A DNA stretch of 64,000 bases from Octopus vulgaris (GCA_951406725.2 OX597815.1:72912001-72976000), one strand, 5' to 3'. Numbered from the stretch's first letter, positions 12,338-25,975 are shown. The notes: generated by a model from the letters alone, not told the origin. Made by a program: numbers and translations.

Positions 12338-12570
12338 CAGTGGTTCCCAAACTTTTTCGGGCTACCGCTCACTTGCACCCAGACCACATTCCTAGTGCTT
12401 CTACCCCAACTAATCATCACAAACATAGACCTCTGCAAATTCAAAGCAACTGTATTTCACAAATAGAACTTAACCTAATGAACCCATATTTTGTTGTTTT
12501 TACATGAATTGCTACCCCACTACCGCCCCACTTTTCTTCAACATTCCACCGCCCACTTTGGAATCCACTG
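12338..12570. mobile_element. hAT (Charlie-like) MITE
   Basis: TIRs CAGTGGTTCCCAAA / TTTGGAATCCACTG; flanks tagtaggc / tgctaggc resemble a decayed 8-bp TSD. Confidence 0.65.
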
Positions 12571-13779
12571 TGCTAGGCAACTGATTCACACTGCTGTGCA
12601 TCGTTTGTTTCCTTGTTCCAGATTATGTCGGGACTATTGAGTTTGCATCTTTTTTTTTTTTGAGATCTTTACAAGGACATTCCACTAGTATTCTTTCAAG
12701 TTATGGGTGATGATGCCCTCCATTCATTGTAGCTTCTTATATTTGTTTCCTAGGGATTATTTTTTTCTATGGACATCATTATATAATCTTCTAGCCATGA
12801 TTTAAGTATTAAAGGCAAATAATTCTGCGATAATATTTTTGGGTAGCTACTTATGATATGGGTGACGTGCTCAGTTTAAATACTACAGAGTTTGCATCAG
12901 TTGTCACATCTCGATGATTTACCTGCATCTCTATCCTCTGTTTATATCTCTTATGGAGATAACAACTGATGCTACTGGTAACGTGTAACCCAGGACAACT
13001 TGTATGTTTAGATCACCGGTGACTAAACTGGTTAATCCTACCAAGCCTACTTGGCAAGGAGGATAGTTTTCGTTAGACAAATACAAGACAAAAAGTAAAA
13101 CCTGACAAAGTGTGAACTAATAAGAGTCCAACGGCCATCTGATATCTAGGAGTGAGAGACGCCTAGTATTTGTTTAGACATCTCTACAGGAGAAGGGAAT
13201 CTCTGACGTTAATGCATACGATTTCATTTTCATCCAATGATGTCTTCTTGCCCAATGTCACATCTCTCGTGGACGTCGATTTCCCCAACTCGAGAGCACA
13301 GTATGTCTTTCATTGGAGTTTTCATGGTTACAATCTCAGACCAGCTACACGGTCTGCCAGCCCACGTGCAGGACGTTTTTACGAGACATCCCTCTTGTGG
13401 ATGACCGTTGACTCACAATGAGTTCATCCGTCCTTTGATAGGTCCTGTTTTTAGTCTTACAGTATCCACAATACCCTACTCACCTAGCAAGCTAGGTCGA
13501 CGAGCCTGTTTAATAGCCAGCTACTCGACCATGTAGCACTGGGTTACACTGTACCAGTAGCAGGATTTTTCTGACCTGAATTCTATCTAATGAAGTAGAC
13601 CAGTTCTTCATTTTTGGGTAAAATCATACGTGGCCCTGTGCAAACCCTTTCCTCACTTTATAAAGCTCCAGGCATAGGCATCACTTGGTTTTTCACATCA
13701 CTGTTATGTGTTGCATAATATGGCTGATAGTAGCTGGAAAATGCAAAACACTCAATGAAAAATTCCGTGAGAGAATGAC

Positions 13780-13996
13780 GGAATATGTCAGTATGGTAGG
13801 TAAACTCTCTGAATACCTGCTGTAAGAGGTGCTTGTCATTGCTACATTTATGGTGCAAAAGAGTGTCGGTCCCTGACAGGGCTGAAAAGCCACATCCGTG
13901 CTGCTCATATTTAAGAGCAGAATCAAATGATGGCTTAGCTCAAAACTGAGTTGCAACCATCATCATCATTATCATCATCATCAGATAGAGAAAGCG

Positions 13997-14039
<43 letters not shown>

Positions 14040-14240
14040 AAATCGCTCAACGAAAAATTTCATGATGGAATGAGGCATGTGTCAGTATGGGAAGTAAGCT
14101 CGCTGAACAGCTGCTGCAAGAGGTACTCATCGTCGCCACATCTGTGCACAGGAGTGCAGATCCCTAGAAGGACTGAAAAGTAACGTATTTAACAGAACAA
14201 TTACGCGATGTCATTTCTCAAAATCGAGTTGCGGCCATCA
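13780..14240 (+). mobile_element. Two tandem RTE-like LINE 3' end remnants
   Basis: 13780-13960 and 14080-14240 are similar to each other. The first reads KECRSLTGLKSHIRAAH (RTE C-terminal zinc-finger-like) and ends in a (CAT)n tail. Confidence 0.5.
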
Positions 14241-15189
14241 AGCAAGTGGAGTGGGTGGAAGATACTGATAAACAAACAGACAGACCAGAGAAATATCAAT
14301 AGTTGTATTTTTTTACATTATTTACATTATTGATATTTGACGGATATTTGTCCTCATCAGAGAAACTCCACAAGATGAGGACAAATATCTGTCAAATGTA
14401 AATAATGTAAATAATGTACATAATTCCTCATCTCTCAAATATAGAACTGTTGTATTTTTTTTTTTTTTTTGATAATTTGACTTCGAAGAAGAGGGCTGTA
14501 TCTACGAAGGTTCTCAAAACCGGTGAGATTAAAGCTGCCTAAGTTCATCAAAGTCTACAGGAAAGACGTGCTGAAAGTGGAATTCCAGAGAGTCGACAAT
14601 CTGATGAGGATACGTTGGGCGTAGTGATCTGTTCTGTGCCGAACCTAGACGGGCACAATACGGATAACGAGTAAATGGGGGCCGAGTGAGCGGGGAGTGG
14701 CTGAGTAGAGTTGGCAAGAGGAGTAAAAACTATCATTGTAGCGGAGGGAAAAATGAGAAAGAAAGGAATTAATTTGTGGAAGAATGCTTGGGATATTTTT
14801 GCGGGTGAACTCGTGCCAATCAGTCTAGTAGGTTTCTTTGGATGTAAAGTAGGATGCTTCTGTGTGTAGTAGTTGATATGGGACCACTATTCTAGTGTGG
14901 ACGCCATCTGAGGTTCGTTGAATATTAATAGTTGTTGGGAGATGAATTATAGTTTAGCACTGTGTGTAGCAGTGATACGAAAGTAGTACTCCAGTTTGGG
15001 CGTTACCTGAGTTTTGTTATGGATTAATATTTGTTCACCATCACCATCGTCGTCGTCGTCAACATCATCTTCGTCGTTGTCGTCGTTGTCATCATCATCA
15101 GCCTCCTGGACATTATTTCCTCGAATCCGAGGATTCGCAGGGCCGGTTACCCGGTTTCCACGGTAAAGGTTACCTTCTCTAGTCTTACC

Positions 15190-15635
15190 AACTCATAAGA
15201 GCCGTTTTCCGGTTCCATGTCATATAAATTCCCCACCTGGACGGGACGCTAGTCCATCGCAGGATTACTCCTTTTTGTCAACTGAGTGGACTGGAGCAAC
15301 GTGAAATGAAGTGTTTTGTTCAATAACACAGCGCATCTCCCGGTCCAGGAATCGAAACCACAATCTTACGATCATGAGTCCAACACCCTAACCACTAAGC
15401 TACGCGCCTCTACGAGTCGGTTACTATGGCGTATAAGTGACAGAGATCACAGCACTTCCGCCTGAATGAGACCCCAGTCTGTCGCAGGGTTAACTTCCCG
15501 GCTATTGCTGGAACATATTTACAACTGAGTATAATGGAGCAATGTGAAAAGAAGTGTTTTGCTTAAGAATACAATGCACCACTCGATTCAAGAATCGAAA
15601 CTACGATCTTACGGCTGTGAATGCAACACCCTAGC
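15190..15635 (-). mobile_element. Two tandem tRNA-derived SINEs (family C)
   Basis: Reverse complement of ggcgcgtagcttagtggttagggtgttgg...gtttcgattcc (A/B boxes) followed by aaaacacttcatttcacgttgctccagtccactcag. Other copies: 16150-16250(+), 18380-18525(-), 37632-37850(+), 38160-38310(-), 42240-42400(-), 44288-44610(+). Confidence 0.8.
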
Positions 15636-16286
15636 CGGATGTTATAAAGCTACATGTTATTAAACCAGATCTACTGTGGACTTAACGTGTAATATCATTA
15701 TTTTGATATATGTGTCGCAATGTGTCTTTTGACAGTTGGAGGAAACAAGACAGGTATGATTGATTCCATTGGATGACGTATCCACGGCCTCTGTTCATGG
15801 TGTCAGTACACATGCGATGCGAGGTATCAAGGTTTCAATGTGGGTTATGCTTGCGTGAAACGAAGGGCAGTTTCATAGATGATATGACCAATCCAAGAGG
15901 TCATTGAAAGCTAGTAAAATCAACAGAATTTTCTTTTAAAAAACTTTGCTTTGAAACCATTTAGGGCTGATGTTTAATCTAGATATTCTAAGCAATTTGA
16001 AAATATATTTATACAATAAAATTAATTTTGTAGGAAATGGCAGACACGATCGAAAACTGATCTTTCTTTCCAAATTTGAAAACCCAATATTGACTGACAT
16101 AATAGAGTAAGTCTTCCAGTGGATCTGACTTTATAATATCCGTATTGGTGATTACGATATTGCACTCACGATACTAAGACCATGGTTTCGGTCCTGGATC
16201 GAATGGGGTGTTGTGTTCTTGGAGCAAAAGCACTTCATTTCATGTTGCTACAGTAAAGGAGTTCCAGTATTTCTTGGAGAGTATAA

Positions 16287-16496
16287 GGCGGCGAGCTGGC
16301 AGAATCGTTAGCAGGCCGGATAAATTACTAAGCATCATTTTGCTCGTCTTCACGTTCTGAGTTTAAATTCTGCCGAAGTCGAGATTGCTTTTCATCCTTT
16401 CGGGGTCGATAAAATAAGTACCACTGGGGTCGACGTAATCGACTTAACTCCTCCCCTAAAATTCCTGTCCTTGTGCCAAAGTTTGAATCCAATATT
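16287..16496 (+). mobile_element. tRNA-derived SINE (family A)
   Basis: ggcggcgagctggcagaatcgttagc...gagtttaaattc...ttcatcctttcggggtcgataaaataagtacca...tttgaatccaat. Other copies (all minus): 18838-19040, 20100-20517 (partly doubled), 34520-34710, 34843-35053, 36020-36215, 40066-40280, 40298-40510, 53962-54180. The central segment recalls the Meta-SINE domain (from memory). Confidence 0.85.
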
Positions 16497-16966
16497 ACAT
16501 AGGAGTGAACCATACATACATCCTTATGTATATCTACATGTACGTGTGGGGGCGCGCGTTCGCATGCTTCGTATAACGAAAGTTTCGATTACGGCATTAA
16601 GCACTTACGGAAATTACAAAACATGACCTCTAATTTCGAGATCTTGGCCCGTAATTCCACCTTTATAGAAACTCGTGTAAATTTTAACAATTTAAAAATC
16701 TAAAATCTATGTTACACACTTTTTTTAGAACCTTGCCAGCAGCTATGCATTCCCTCCTCTTACTCACCCACCTTGTTTGTGCATGTATCAATTCACTCGA
16801 CTTTTTTTTCATTGGTTTCAACATTTACTCGTTCCCTTCTTGGCACTCCACCACTTTGTTCTTGTTCCGATTCAAATGACACGAATCTTAATCAAACAGT
16901 GCTACCTCCTACTTCACTTCTCAACGTCTGTCATTTTCTAATTAATTAATATTTCTTAGTTTAAAC

Positions 16967-17489
16967 TAAGTGATTCCCAACATGGCATATACGCCCCATC
17001 GGTAGGTCCAGGGAAAATTATGGTGAGGCGTGGGGTCCAAATTCTTTTTTCTCTTATTTTTTAGTGGGATATGGAATTGTAAAACTCTGTTTTTTCACAG
17101 CAAACATACTACACTTATACTCAGCCTAACCAAACCAACTCCACCAGTCAAGCATTTGTGTGTAGACCATTTGCTACAGTTTAGCGCTATTCCAATGCTA
17201 TGGTTGAAGTTAACAAAATTGTCCCCTCGAATCAAGGAAATCTGCCGTAGGCGCCAGGCACAAGGCTCTCATTGAAGTGACTCACTGTTTTTTTTTCATA
17301 ATCAATGTCGTACATTTTTTATTTGTACTCAGTACTTAATACAAGAGTTACTGGTAGATTCTTTTGTATTAAATAATTGTGATAAAATATATTAAAAATA
17401 CAGTTATATTTTTCCAATCACCAGTGGAGCATACATTTTTCTGGAAAGTTACTGTAGGGCCTGGGGGGAAAATAGATTGGAAAACACTG
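16967..17489. mobile_element. Probable hAT-type non-autonomous element
   Basis: Ends agtgattcccaa / ttggaaaacactg; flanks gtttaaac / gtttgaag look like a decayed 8-bp TSD. Confidence 0.4.
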
Positions 17490-17619
17490 GTTTGAAGTAA
17501 CAAAACCGCTATTTTTTACCGACGTCGATCATCACTATTTTTCTGGGAATCTGCTGTTTACTATCTGGCGTTGGATTTAACTACTAACGGATAAGTTATG
17601 GTATATAATTTTATTCAAG

Positions 17620-19620
17620 ACGACAGGAAAGGGACCATGAAGGGAGAGGTGAAGGCAGTTGTGAGAAAAGTATTTGTAACTGGAATACCTTGGACGATAA
17701 GCTTGATTTTTCACTAAAGTATGACGTAGAAGAAAAACTCAACCATATGATAAAAATATTAAAGCCTGTAACATGTACAGTGAGAACGATACATAACAAT
17801 AAAGATAGAATTAAACCAAGAGCACAATCAACCAATGACTGTGTTACATGCTCGAACATTGTTTTGTCTTTTTGGTGTTGTGGTTGTTGTTTTCGCAGAT
17901 CTTAAGTGATGCTTAAAATGATACGGCTGTGTGGGTCGACGACCAGACCGATGTAATGTGTCAATAAACGATGAGCCAAGCGAAAGCTAAAAGTTTGAGT
18001 GGCGATTTACGGAAAGTAGGATAAGCAAATTCTGATGCCAAACTCATTTTCGATTAATAAAGGCTAATTTGAAAGGTTTAAGAGGTGTCTTAATTTGCAC
18101 AACATTAAGATGATCGATGAAGCTGCTAGTGTTGTTCGAGAGGCTGCAACTAATTATCCCGAGGGAATGAGGAAATTTATTGCTGAATGAGACTATACAC
18201 CAGAATAAGAGGATGATGTTGATGTAGAACCAGTCATCACTCGCGAGCGAGTAAGGGTTTAGTAATGCGTACCATATTTTGTTTTAGGTGCCTATGTAGT
18301 TGAAAGCAGACAAAAGACACCCTCTCGGCGCTCCCTGCTTTCGCTTCAGCATTACATCCAGGATACAATAACTGGAGGATAAGATAACTGCACCAGCACT
18401 CAGCTGGTACTCATTTTCTGTTGAGTAGACTGGAACAACAGGGTTACAGTTACCACCCGGTTTTGGAATTGAACCCACAACCTTATGGTCATGAACCGAG
18501 TACTCCTAATCTTTAAGCTACGCTCCACCATGAGATTGTGGATGAAACTGGAATTTTCTGGATTTACCTATTAAGGCCCATGTTTCTGACGAGGAAATTC
18601 AGCATCAGTCATTAAAACTTCCAAAAATTACCTGCTTTTTTTTTGTAGGAGGAAACGTTGCAGATGAAATAAAATGAAAACCCTTAATTAAGTATTACTA
18701 CTCCATGAATTCAAGGCATTTCAGGATTCTACTAAGTTTAATCTGCCTGCAATTAAAAAGGCTTGGATGACTGTTTGTAAGAGTGATTTACTAACTAATT
18801 TTTGTTTAGGTGTAGAAATGTACAGTCACATTTGTAATATTGGTTTCAAATTTTGACACAAAGCCAGCAAGTTCGGGGGAGGAGGCTAGTCAATTACACC
18901 GATCCCAGGGATCAACTGGTACTTATTTTATCGACTCCGAAAGGATGAAAAGCAAAGTCGACCTCGGCGGAATTTGAACTCAGAACGTAAAAGTCGTTAA
19001 GCATTCTGCCCGGCGCACTAACGATTCTGCCAGCTCACCACTCTAGTGTCTTGCTTCTGCAATACATATACTAAAAATACTAAAATAATTCTAACAAAGT
19101 ATTGCTACTTTTAGACAATGCATCACACCACCCTGTGAACTTCCTGATAATGAGGCTGGAATTTATCCCTAAGAAAATGCTACGTATCTGTTCCAACCAA
19201 TGTATCCAAGTGAGATAGCTACCTTCAATGCATGTTGTCTGAGAAGAACTTTGAAACAATTTATGAACGCAATTGACAAGAAAGGGTAAACTGACATTTA
19301 GGAACCATTCTGGGAGAAGTTTATCACTTCGGCTGCAGTGGATAACATAGATGGAGAATAGAACGATGTGAAACGCTAAGTTTTGAATGGTGTTTAACAA
19401 AACATATGGTCAGACTGTATCCGTAGCATTACAGGTGTCCACAAACAGTAACTTTATACCAAGTTCAGCCAGAGTTTCTAACTCTCGGAACTGATGCAGA
19501 GTTTATAGAAATTATAGATGATGCTGTTGGGTTACCAAGGCTCCATAAAGCAAATGAGGAGCTGATGATGTTAGTACAAGAGCGAGCTGCAGAACAACAA
19601 ACGGCTATAAAAGTTCTAGC
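17620..19620 (+). mobile_element. Tigger/pogo-family DNA transposon remnant (CENP-B-like transposase pseudogene), interrupted by SINEs
   Basis: Translated fragments FERFKRCLNLHNIKMIDEAAS...YTPE (~18070-18205), VDETGIFW (~18538), GGNVA, KKAWMT, LDNASHHP (~19110). These are the pogo/Tigger HTH + DDE motifs in order. Confidence 0.8.
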
Positions 19621-19641
19621 CATTCTACTTTAGTTGTCTGC

Positions 19642-19696
<55 letters not shown>

Positions 19697-19730
19697 TGTG
19701 TGTGTGTGTGTGTTTTCAAGTGTGTATGTA

Positions 19731-21076
19731 TTGAAAAGTTCATAGGCTGACCAAGATACTTTTATGGAATGTGACCAGATGAGGTTTATTTTTCAACATA
19801 GTCCTCTTCATTGATGGTGTGGTCCTTTTGACAACAGTCAATAAACAATGTCTTTTGCATTTCAAAAACTAAGGCTATCACCTCCCCTGCAGATGAAGCA
19901 ACTTTGATCGTCTTTGGTGAGTAGGTGAGGAAAGGTGTTTCCACTGCATGAATTGTCTCTTTGTCTTTGGCACAAAGGGATGAAGCCAACACTCATCCTG
20001 GGTTGGGAAACGTTCAAGGAAACCGGCTGAATCTGTCTCAATTCTCGTGATGTGATCAGCCTGGTGCGCTTTTCATTAAGTGCTTGAAGCCGTCGCATTC
20101 TTATTTCTTTATTGCCCACAAGGGGCTAAACATAGAGGAGACAAACAAGGACAGACAAAACGGATTAAGTCGATTACATCGACCCCAGTGCGTAACTGGT
20201 ACTTAATTTATCGACCCCGAAAGGATGTAACGTAAAGTCAACCTCGGTGGAATTTGAACTCAGAACGTAACAGCAAACAAAATACCTATTTCTTTACTAC
20301 CCACAAGGGACTAAACACAGAGAGAACAAACAAGGACAGACAAACGGATTAAGTCGATTACATCTACCCCAGTGCGTAACTCGTAATTATTTAATCGACC
20401 CCGAAAGAATGATAGGCAAAGTCGACCTCGGCGGAATTTGAACTCAGAACGTAGCGACAGACGAAATACCGCTTAGCATTTCGCCCGGCGTGCTAACGTT
20501 TCTGCCGGCTCGCTGCCTTGAGGGTTTGGAGTCGTCGCATTCGCCGAACAGAAACCTTTGCCATACTAAGCTCATTGTGTAGAATATTCTCAGCTCTCTC
20601 ACGGAATATGCTAATAGCATTGGCAGTTCGATTTATAGTTAATCGCCTGTCATCCATCCTCATGTGATGAACACGATCAATGTTTTCTTCGGTGGTGGCA
20701 GCTGCAGGACGTCCAGACTTTGGGCCATCTTCAAGACTTTCCCTTCCCTTCCTAAGTTCAACTGCCCAATTGTGCACTGTTGATAAAGCTGGAGCATCAT
20801 CCCTAATGTAGCAACCATATCAGCTTGAATGTCGTTGGTGGCTAACCCACTTTTCTGCAAGTACTTCATAACACGTCGCTGCTAAATTTTGTCGATTTTC
20901 AAGAGAAATCGTAATTGGTCACTTTTGGAGTCTTCTTTGAACAGTGGGATGTGAGTTTAGCTGGAAAGAAACAATGCAATTATTAATAAGAAGAGTTGAA
21001 ATTAATGCATGCAAGATTTCACATCTCTAGCATTACTCCTTCATAGTCAGCGTATGAACTTTTCAACCCACCCTCG
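19731..21076 (-). mobile_element. Mariner element, internally deleted, interrupted by SINE 20100-20517
   Basis: TIR ttgaaaagttcataggctgac / gtcagcgtatgaacttttcaa(cccaccctcg)+TA. Transposase pieces MKYLQKSG..., WAVELRKGRESLEDGPKSGRP...DDRRLT. Confidence 0.85.
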
Positions 21077-21101
21077 TATATAAACAGACATATACATACA
21101 T

Positions 21102-21132
<31 letters not shown>

Positions 21133-22139
21133 TACATACATACATGTATAGGTATATGTATATAGGTATAAGTACACACAGAGACACATAGAGACATGCA
21201 CACACACACATACACACGCACGTATGCACACACACACATACACACGTACGCACGCGCACACACACACGTTCATACTTCAATATGTCTAACTCTCGTATCG
21301 TTTCATCTCTTTATATATTTCAATATATTTCAATAGACGAAGTGATAAAGCTGTTTGAAAATTGGATTAAAGTAAAACAAATCGCAAGACCGATTAAAAA
21401 GAGCAAAGATAAAACGAGTGAGAAGGTTGGTTGGCGAGTCGGTGGGAGGTTGAAACCAATCCCAGCACGTTAAAGCTAAAGTTAGAGGCAGCTCAGTTAG
21501 CGGGAAAAGCGAGTCACAAACTGATCGTCCATATTTTGTTGTTATCTTATTAATTCTATTGAAATCTATAGAAATAAAATGCTGAAATCGTTTCAATACA
21601 GTTGCTTCTATCTTACTTTGAAAGATAGCGCTATTAGTGAGTCTATTTAAGACAGACGGACGATGTTTCATTAAATTTCTTCATAGCCAGTGTCTTATAA
21701 CTTGACTGCTTTACTATATTGCTTGTAAACTCAGTTCTCGAGGGTGTATTTTATCTAATCTAATATGCTAAGTATCTATTTCAATTAGACATGTATTTTT
21801 TTAATGACTTTCATCCTCTCCTTCCTTTTTTTTTTCAATTTTGTTACGAAGCATCTCGCATTCAGTTGGTATTAACACATCCACACGCAATGACACACAC
21901 GTAATGACATTATGTATTACTATTCGGTTATTGGTAGAAATCAACGAAAACGTACTTCATCCAGCAAGAGGTAAACATCACGTAATAAACACACAATTTC
22001 AACGTGAGCTACTGTAAGTTTCATGCTCAGGTAGTATAGCAGTTGGACGAGCTTGTATAGGCTGTCACTTACTTGTGTGCGTGCGCGCGCGCGCGCGTGC
22101 GTGTGTGTGTGTGTGTTAGGAAACTGGTAGCTATATTAG

Positions 22140-22410
22140 TAGAAACATTCAGATTACCTTTCTCTTTTAAACTTTCTCTGAGTTTGGAGGGAGTGAGTAC
22201 CTCTATACACATTCACTTATCGGTAAAGCCATTCTTCTTGGTGCCTCATTAAAATAGAGTGCAACTCTGTTGGTGATCTTTCTATCTGCAGATAGATTGG
22301 AGATTCTTCTGCTTAAACTTGTGACTAAGTTTCTAATTACTGCTAGAAGGTGGTTGGAGTATCTATGAATATAAACAACTTCTTCGTTGGGCTTTTTGTA
22401 GAAGTATCCT
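22140..22410 (-). mobile_element. Penelope-like element fragment (RT thumb region, Naiad-like)
   Basis: The minus strand translates FYKKPNEEVVYIHRYSNHLLAVIRNLVTSLSRRISNLSAD, matching the YxKPN...SNHPP...ISRRISxLS thumb signature. Confidence 0.6.
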
Positions 22411-23320
22411 TACATATCTAATGAGTCCTTCCGTCATTTTAAATACGGTCGGGTGTTATTTGAAGGATGTTTTGCGGCTATTTCTATCAGGCTGAGTGGC
22501 CACGTAAGTACTCTCTTATGGATACGCGCTATACACCTGTTGTTGTTATTGTTACAGTATAGTACTGTAGCGCTGTTTTAGTAACCTATTCGGTTATTGG
22601 TAGAAATCAACAAAAACGTACTCCATCCAGAAAGAGATAAATATCACGTAATAAACACACAATTTCAATGTCATCTCCTGACCCCACTTAACCTGTGTCT
22701 CCTTTCGCAAGGCCAACATCAAGCACTATTACCATTCTGCACTAGAATATAAACCCTCCAAAATTCCCTTACTACGTATCGTTTTCTTTTTGCCATCGAT
22801 TTGTAGCCGTTCAAGCTGAACACCAACAACATAAATCTGTTCCGTCTCGGACTTCCTGCGATGGTCTCTGGGACTGTCACTTCCCCTTGAATAATACCAT
22901 AACATCATCACCCTGAAGGTTGAAATCTAGAGTTCAGCTTCAAGTCATTTCTTTTTGACACCAGGATTGGGGAGGGATGTTGATATCAGCACCTTTGTTA
23001 GCCTTTTACTAATTTTAATTGCTTTAAATCTCTAACAGTGTGGGTAACTCGTCCATTTCAAGTCCTGCAAGCTGTAATAAGGAGCGATGGATAAATTCAT
23101 TCTTAGACTGTACTATTGATAGGTATACGTAATTCAAGCTGCATTAAATTGAAGTATACGTCTTTGCATCTAATTCAACGTGTAAATACTGTCGACAGGC
23201 AAGATGTTGCGCGGTGTGTAACGATAAGTATGATACATAAACGGCTATTTGCATTATTACTAGTATTAAAGACTGTGTATTCTTGCTTGAGACCTAAATT
23301 TATTCGGTTGCCACTGATTA

Positions 23321-24026
23321 CCGTATTTGATGGCATAAGAGACGCACGGATGTAATTGACGTGCCCCAATTTCCTCTGCGCAAATTCAGGCAAAAGCAGT
23401 TTTTGGTGCATTCAGCCAGATGCAGCTTTGGTAGTGACAAAGATTTGGTGTCAGTTTATATACAACATCTATTACTACGTTTTTTTTTACAAGGCTTCAT
23501 GGAAATACAGACAGAATCAATCTTATATGAACATCGTGTTTTTTCAGTTGCTGAAGCTCTTCAACAGATAACTGACAATTAATCTGATCTTTTACATCGC
23601 TGCAATATGCATGGCTGCGTTGATTTTTTATCCAACTCGGAGTTGGATATAGAACTGTGAAAACAACTAGTAGGGAATTCGCGTTGGTTTGAGTATGAAG
23701 CTGTGAAAACAGTTATTAGCAAGAGGAATTCACCTGGGACCGAATGCAACGAAATCCAAATTGACTCTGGTTTTTCGTGCTATAAGTCTGTTAATAAGGC
23801 TATCGTTGAAAGAAAATTCTAGAGCTTATCACGTGAACAATGAGTTCTGATTAGCTGAAAAGGAGTCTGCACGCATGATAAACTCAGGATTTACAAGCGA
23901 TCGGAAATGGAGTTAGAAAAACGACTGCTATACATACAATATATGCCCAATTTCGCATAAAGGAGAAGTTTTTGAGACTTTTTTTGTGGGGGGGAAAAAG
24001 TGAGTCTTTTATGGCATCAAATATCG
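23321..24026. mobile_element. Non-autonomous pogo/Tc1-mariner-type element (~0.7 kb)
   Basis: TA-flanked ~27-bp imperfect TIRs ccgtatttgatggcataagagacgcac / gtgagtcttttatggcatcaaatatcg. Confidence 0.75.
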
Positions 24027-25423
24027 TAGTTTCTTTCCTTCTGAACTCTTTGATGGACACTGGTTGGTCATTGCGTGCACTATAAATGTCTCCAGAGCTC
24101 TTCTGTAGACATTAGGGTCGGCACAGATCCGAGTCCACCATTCATTCTAATTGTCTGGAGATTTTTTTATTTTTCTGGAGTGTCCTACACACGTTGCAGA
24201 AGACTTTTACTGGTTGTACGAGATCTGTGACGGTTATTTCTTCGCCAATGGTTCTTGATTTTTCCTGGCCATTTTCATGGAACTAACCCTTGTTCTTATT
24301 TGCTGAAGGCCTAAGATAATCCACCTTCAAATGTTTAAAGTGTCACTGACTTTATGATATCTCAAATTATTGTAAAAATGTCATCAAAGTAACAAGCTTT
24401 TTTTAGTTTTTTTTTTAAAGATTTGAACTGCAAACCTTCCTGAGATTCCAGCCTGATCTTCCATTGAAAATGACGAAGCCTTTTTTAACAGAAGGTTCCT
24501 TCCTCTAAGGTTGCGTGCGGGTAAGCTAAATGGTGTAGCGAGCATTACAGTAGATATCACTCTAGTGTACAGAATATAATTTAGGTCAAGCTAGTGCATG
24601 GATATCTTAATCTATTAATTTATTATAGGAAAGCTTATAGAAGTTTTAAAATATACTTATATGATTAAAACATATTTAGTTGAACATTTCAGCCTGAGAA
24701 GACTATTAATAAACCCTCGAAAATCGCGGTTACTTTATCAGTTACATAACTTGAGCATAACCCCAATTGTAGCGAACTAAATAGACCAAATATGTTTTAA
24801 GCAAAATAAGTCTTAATATTAAATAAGCCTTTACATACTGAACTGCTCGTTTAACACTGTATAGCATTTCAAGTAACTTATAAGCAAAATGGTGCCATTT
24901 CTTTTTAATTAAAAGCGGAAATGCATCTAAGTAACTTTTTAAAAAATAATTTTATGATAAAAGTTGGGAATGGTAAGCTCCATTTTTTAAGGTAGGATTC
25001 CTCCTGTAGATTGTTATTGTTAGTTTTGTTTTTGTTTTCTTCCCTATATTTTCCTAGTACATCTTCCAGGACCTTAGTCTTTTGCATTGAAATACCCAAA
25101 GATAACATTTGCCGAGGAATTGCATAAAAGTTTTCACATAGGCGTAGGTACGCCTGTGTGGTTAAGAAGTTCGCTTCACAACTACGTCGTTTCAAGTTCA
25201 GGCCCATAGCATGCCACCATAGATAAGTGTCTTCTACTATTGGCATTGGCCTATTACTGCCTTGTGAATGAATTCAGTAAACTTAAAGTACATGGAACAC
25301 CGTCGTACACACACACATACACACATACAAGCATTCACATACACATACTCGGAATACGCAACCGAGGCAGTATTAAATTAATATAGCAATCGATATATCA
25401 TACTTAAAGTACGTACATTGTTA

Positions 25424-25971
25424 CATCGTCGACATGCAAGTTATTTCGGCATTCGTTAAGCGATAGCATTCCTTATGGACGTGCTGTGTTTAAACACACA
25501 GTATATATCGGAGGGAGGCGAAAGACGTTCCAGCAGCGGCTAGCGAGAACGCCAGATGCATTTCACTATAGCTAGACTCTTTCAGTGGCGTATCCTCGCA
25601 GCTAGTCACATACCTTGACGACATTTGTCACCTCTGATGTATAGGAAACAGTAGATACAGCAGTCACTGGTATTGCGAATGCCAGCCGGACTTAAAAATC
25701 TAGTATACTCAATTGAAGCTGTATCAGATTAAAATAGTCACCGATGTATCATACTGAATGTATACACATCGTTCACAGACAAATCTCCTCTAGGCATGTG
25801 GCTGGCTGTGAGTACACGCTATTGATAAGGAGCAATAGACCGAAATGCGACTGACTTACTCACTAGCCGCTGCTGGGACGATTTTCTTCCTCAGCTAAAT
25901 ATTTTCTGAATAAAGCACGTCCATACATGATGTTATCTCTGGACTAATACCGCAGTAACTTGCCTTTCAAC

Positions 25972-25975
<4 letters not shown>
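25424..25975. mobile_element. MITE with long (~150 bp) imperfect TIRs
   Basis: TA|catcgtcgacatgcaagtta...atggacgtgct...ccagcagcggctag mirrored by ctagccgctgctgg...agcacgtccat...taacttgcctttcaacgatg|TA. Confidence 0.75.

Noticed and set aside
14475-14620. Possible hammerheads (cttcgaagaagagggc...gttctcaaaaccggt; gctGAAAg...CTGATGAggatacgtt)
   Set aside because: The first has both core halves degenerate. The second has no workable stem I or III.
16287-16375. tRNA-like A/B boxes in SINE heads (also 29475, 37632, 44290)
   Set aside because: No complete cloverleaf; they continue into multicopy SINE bodies, so they are not tRNA genes.
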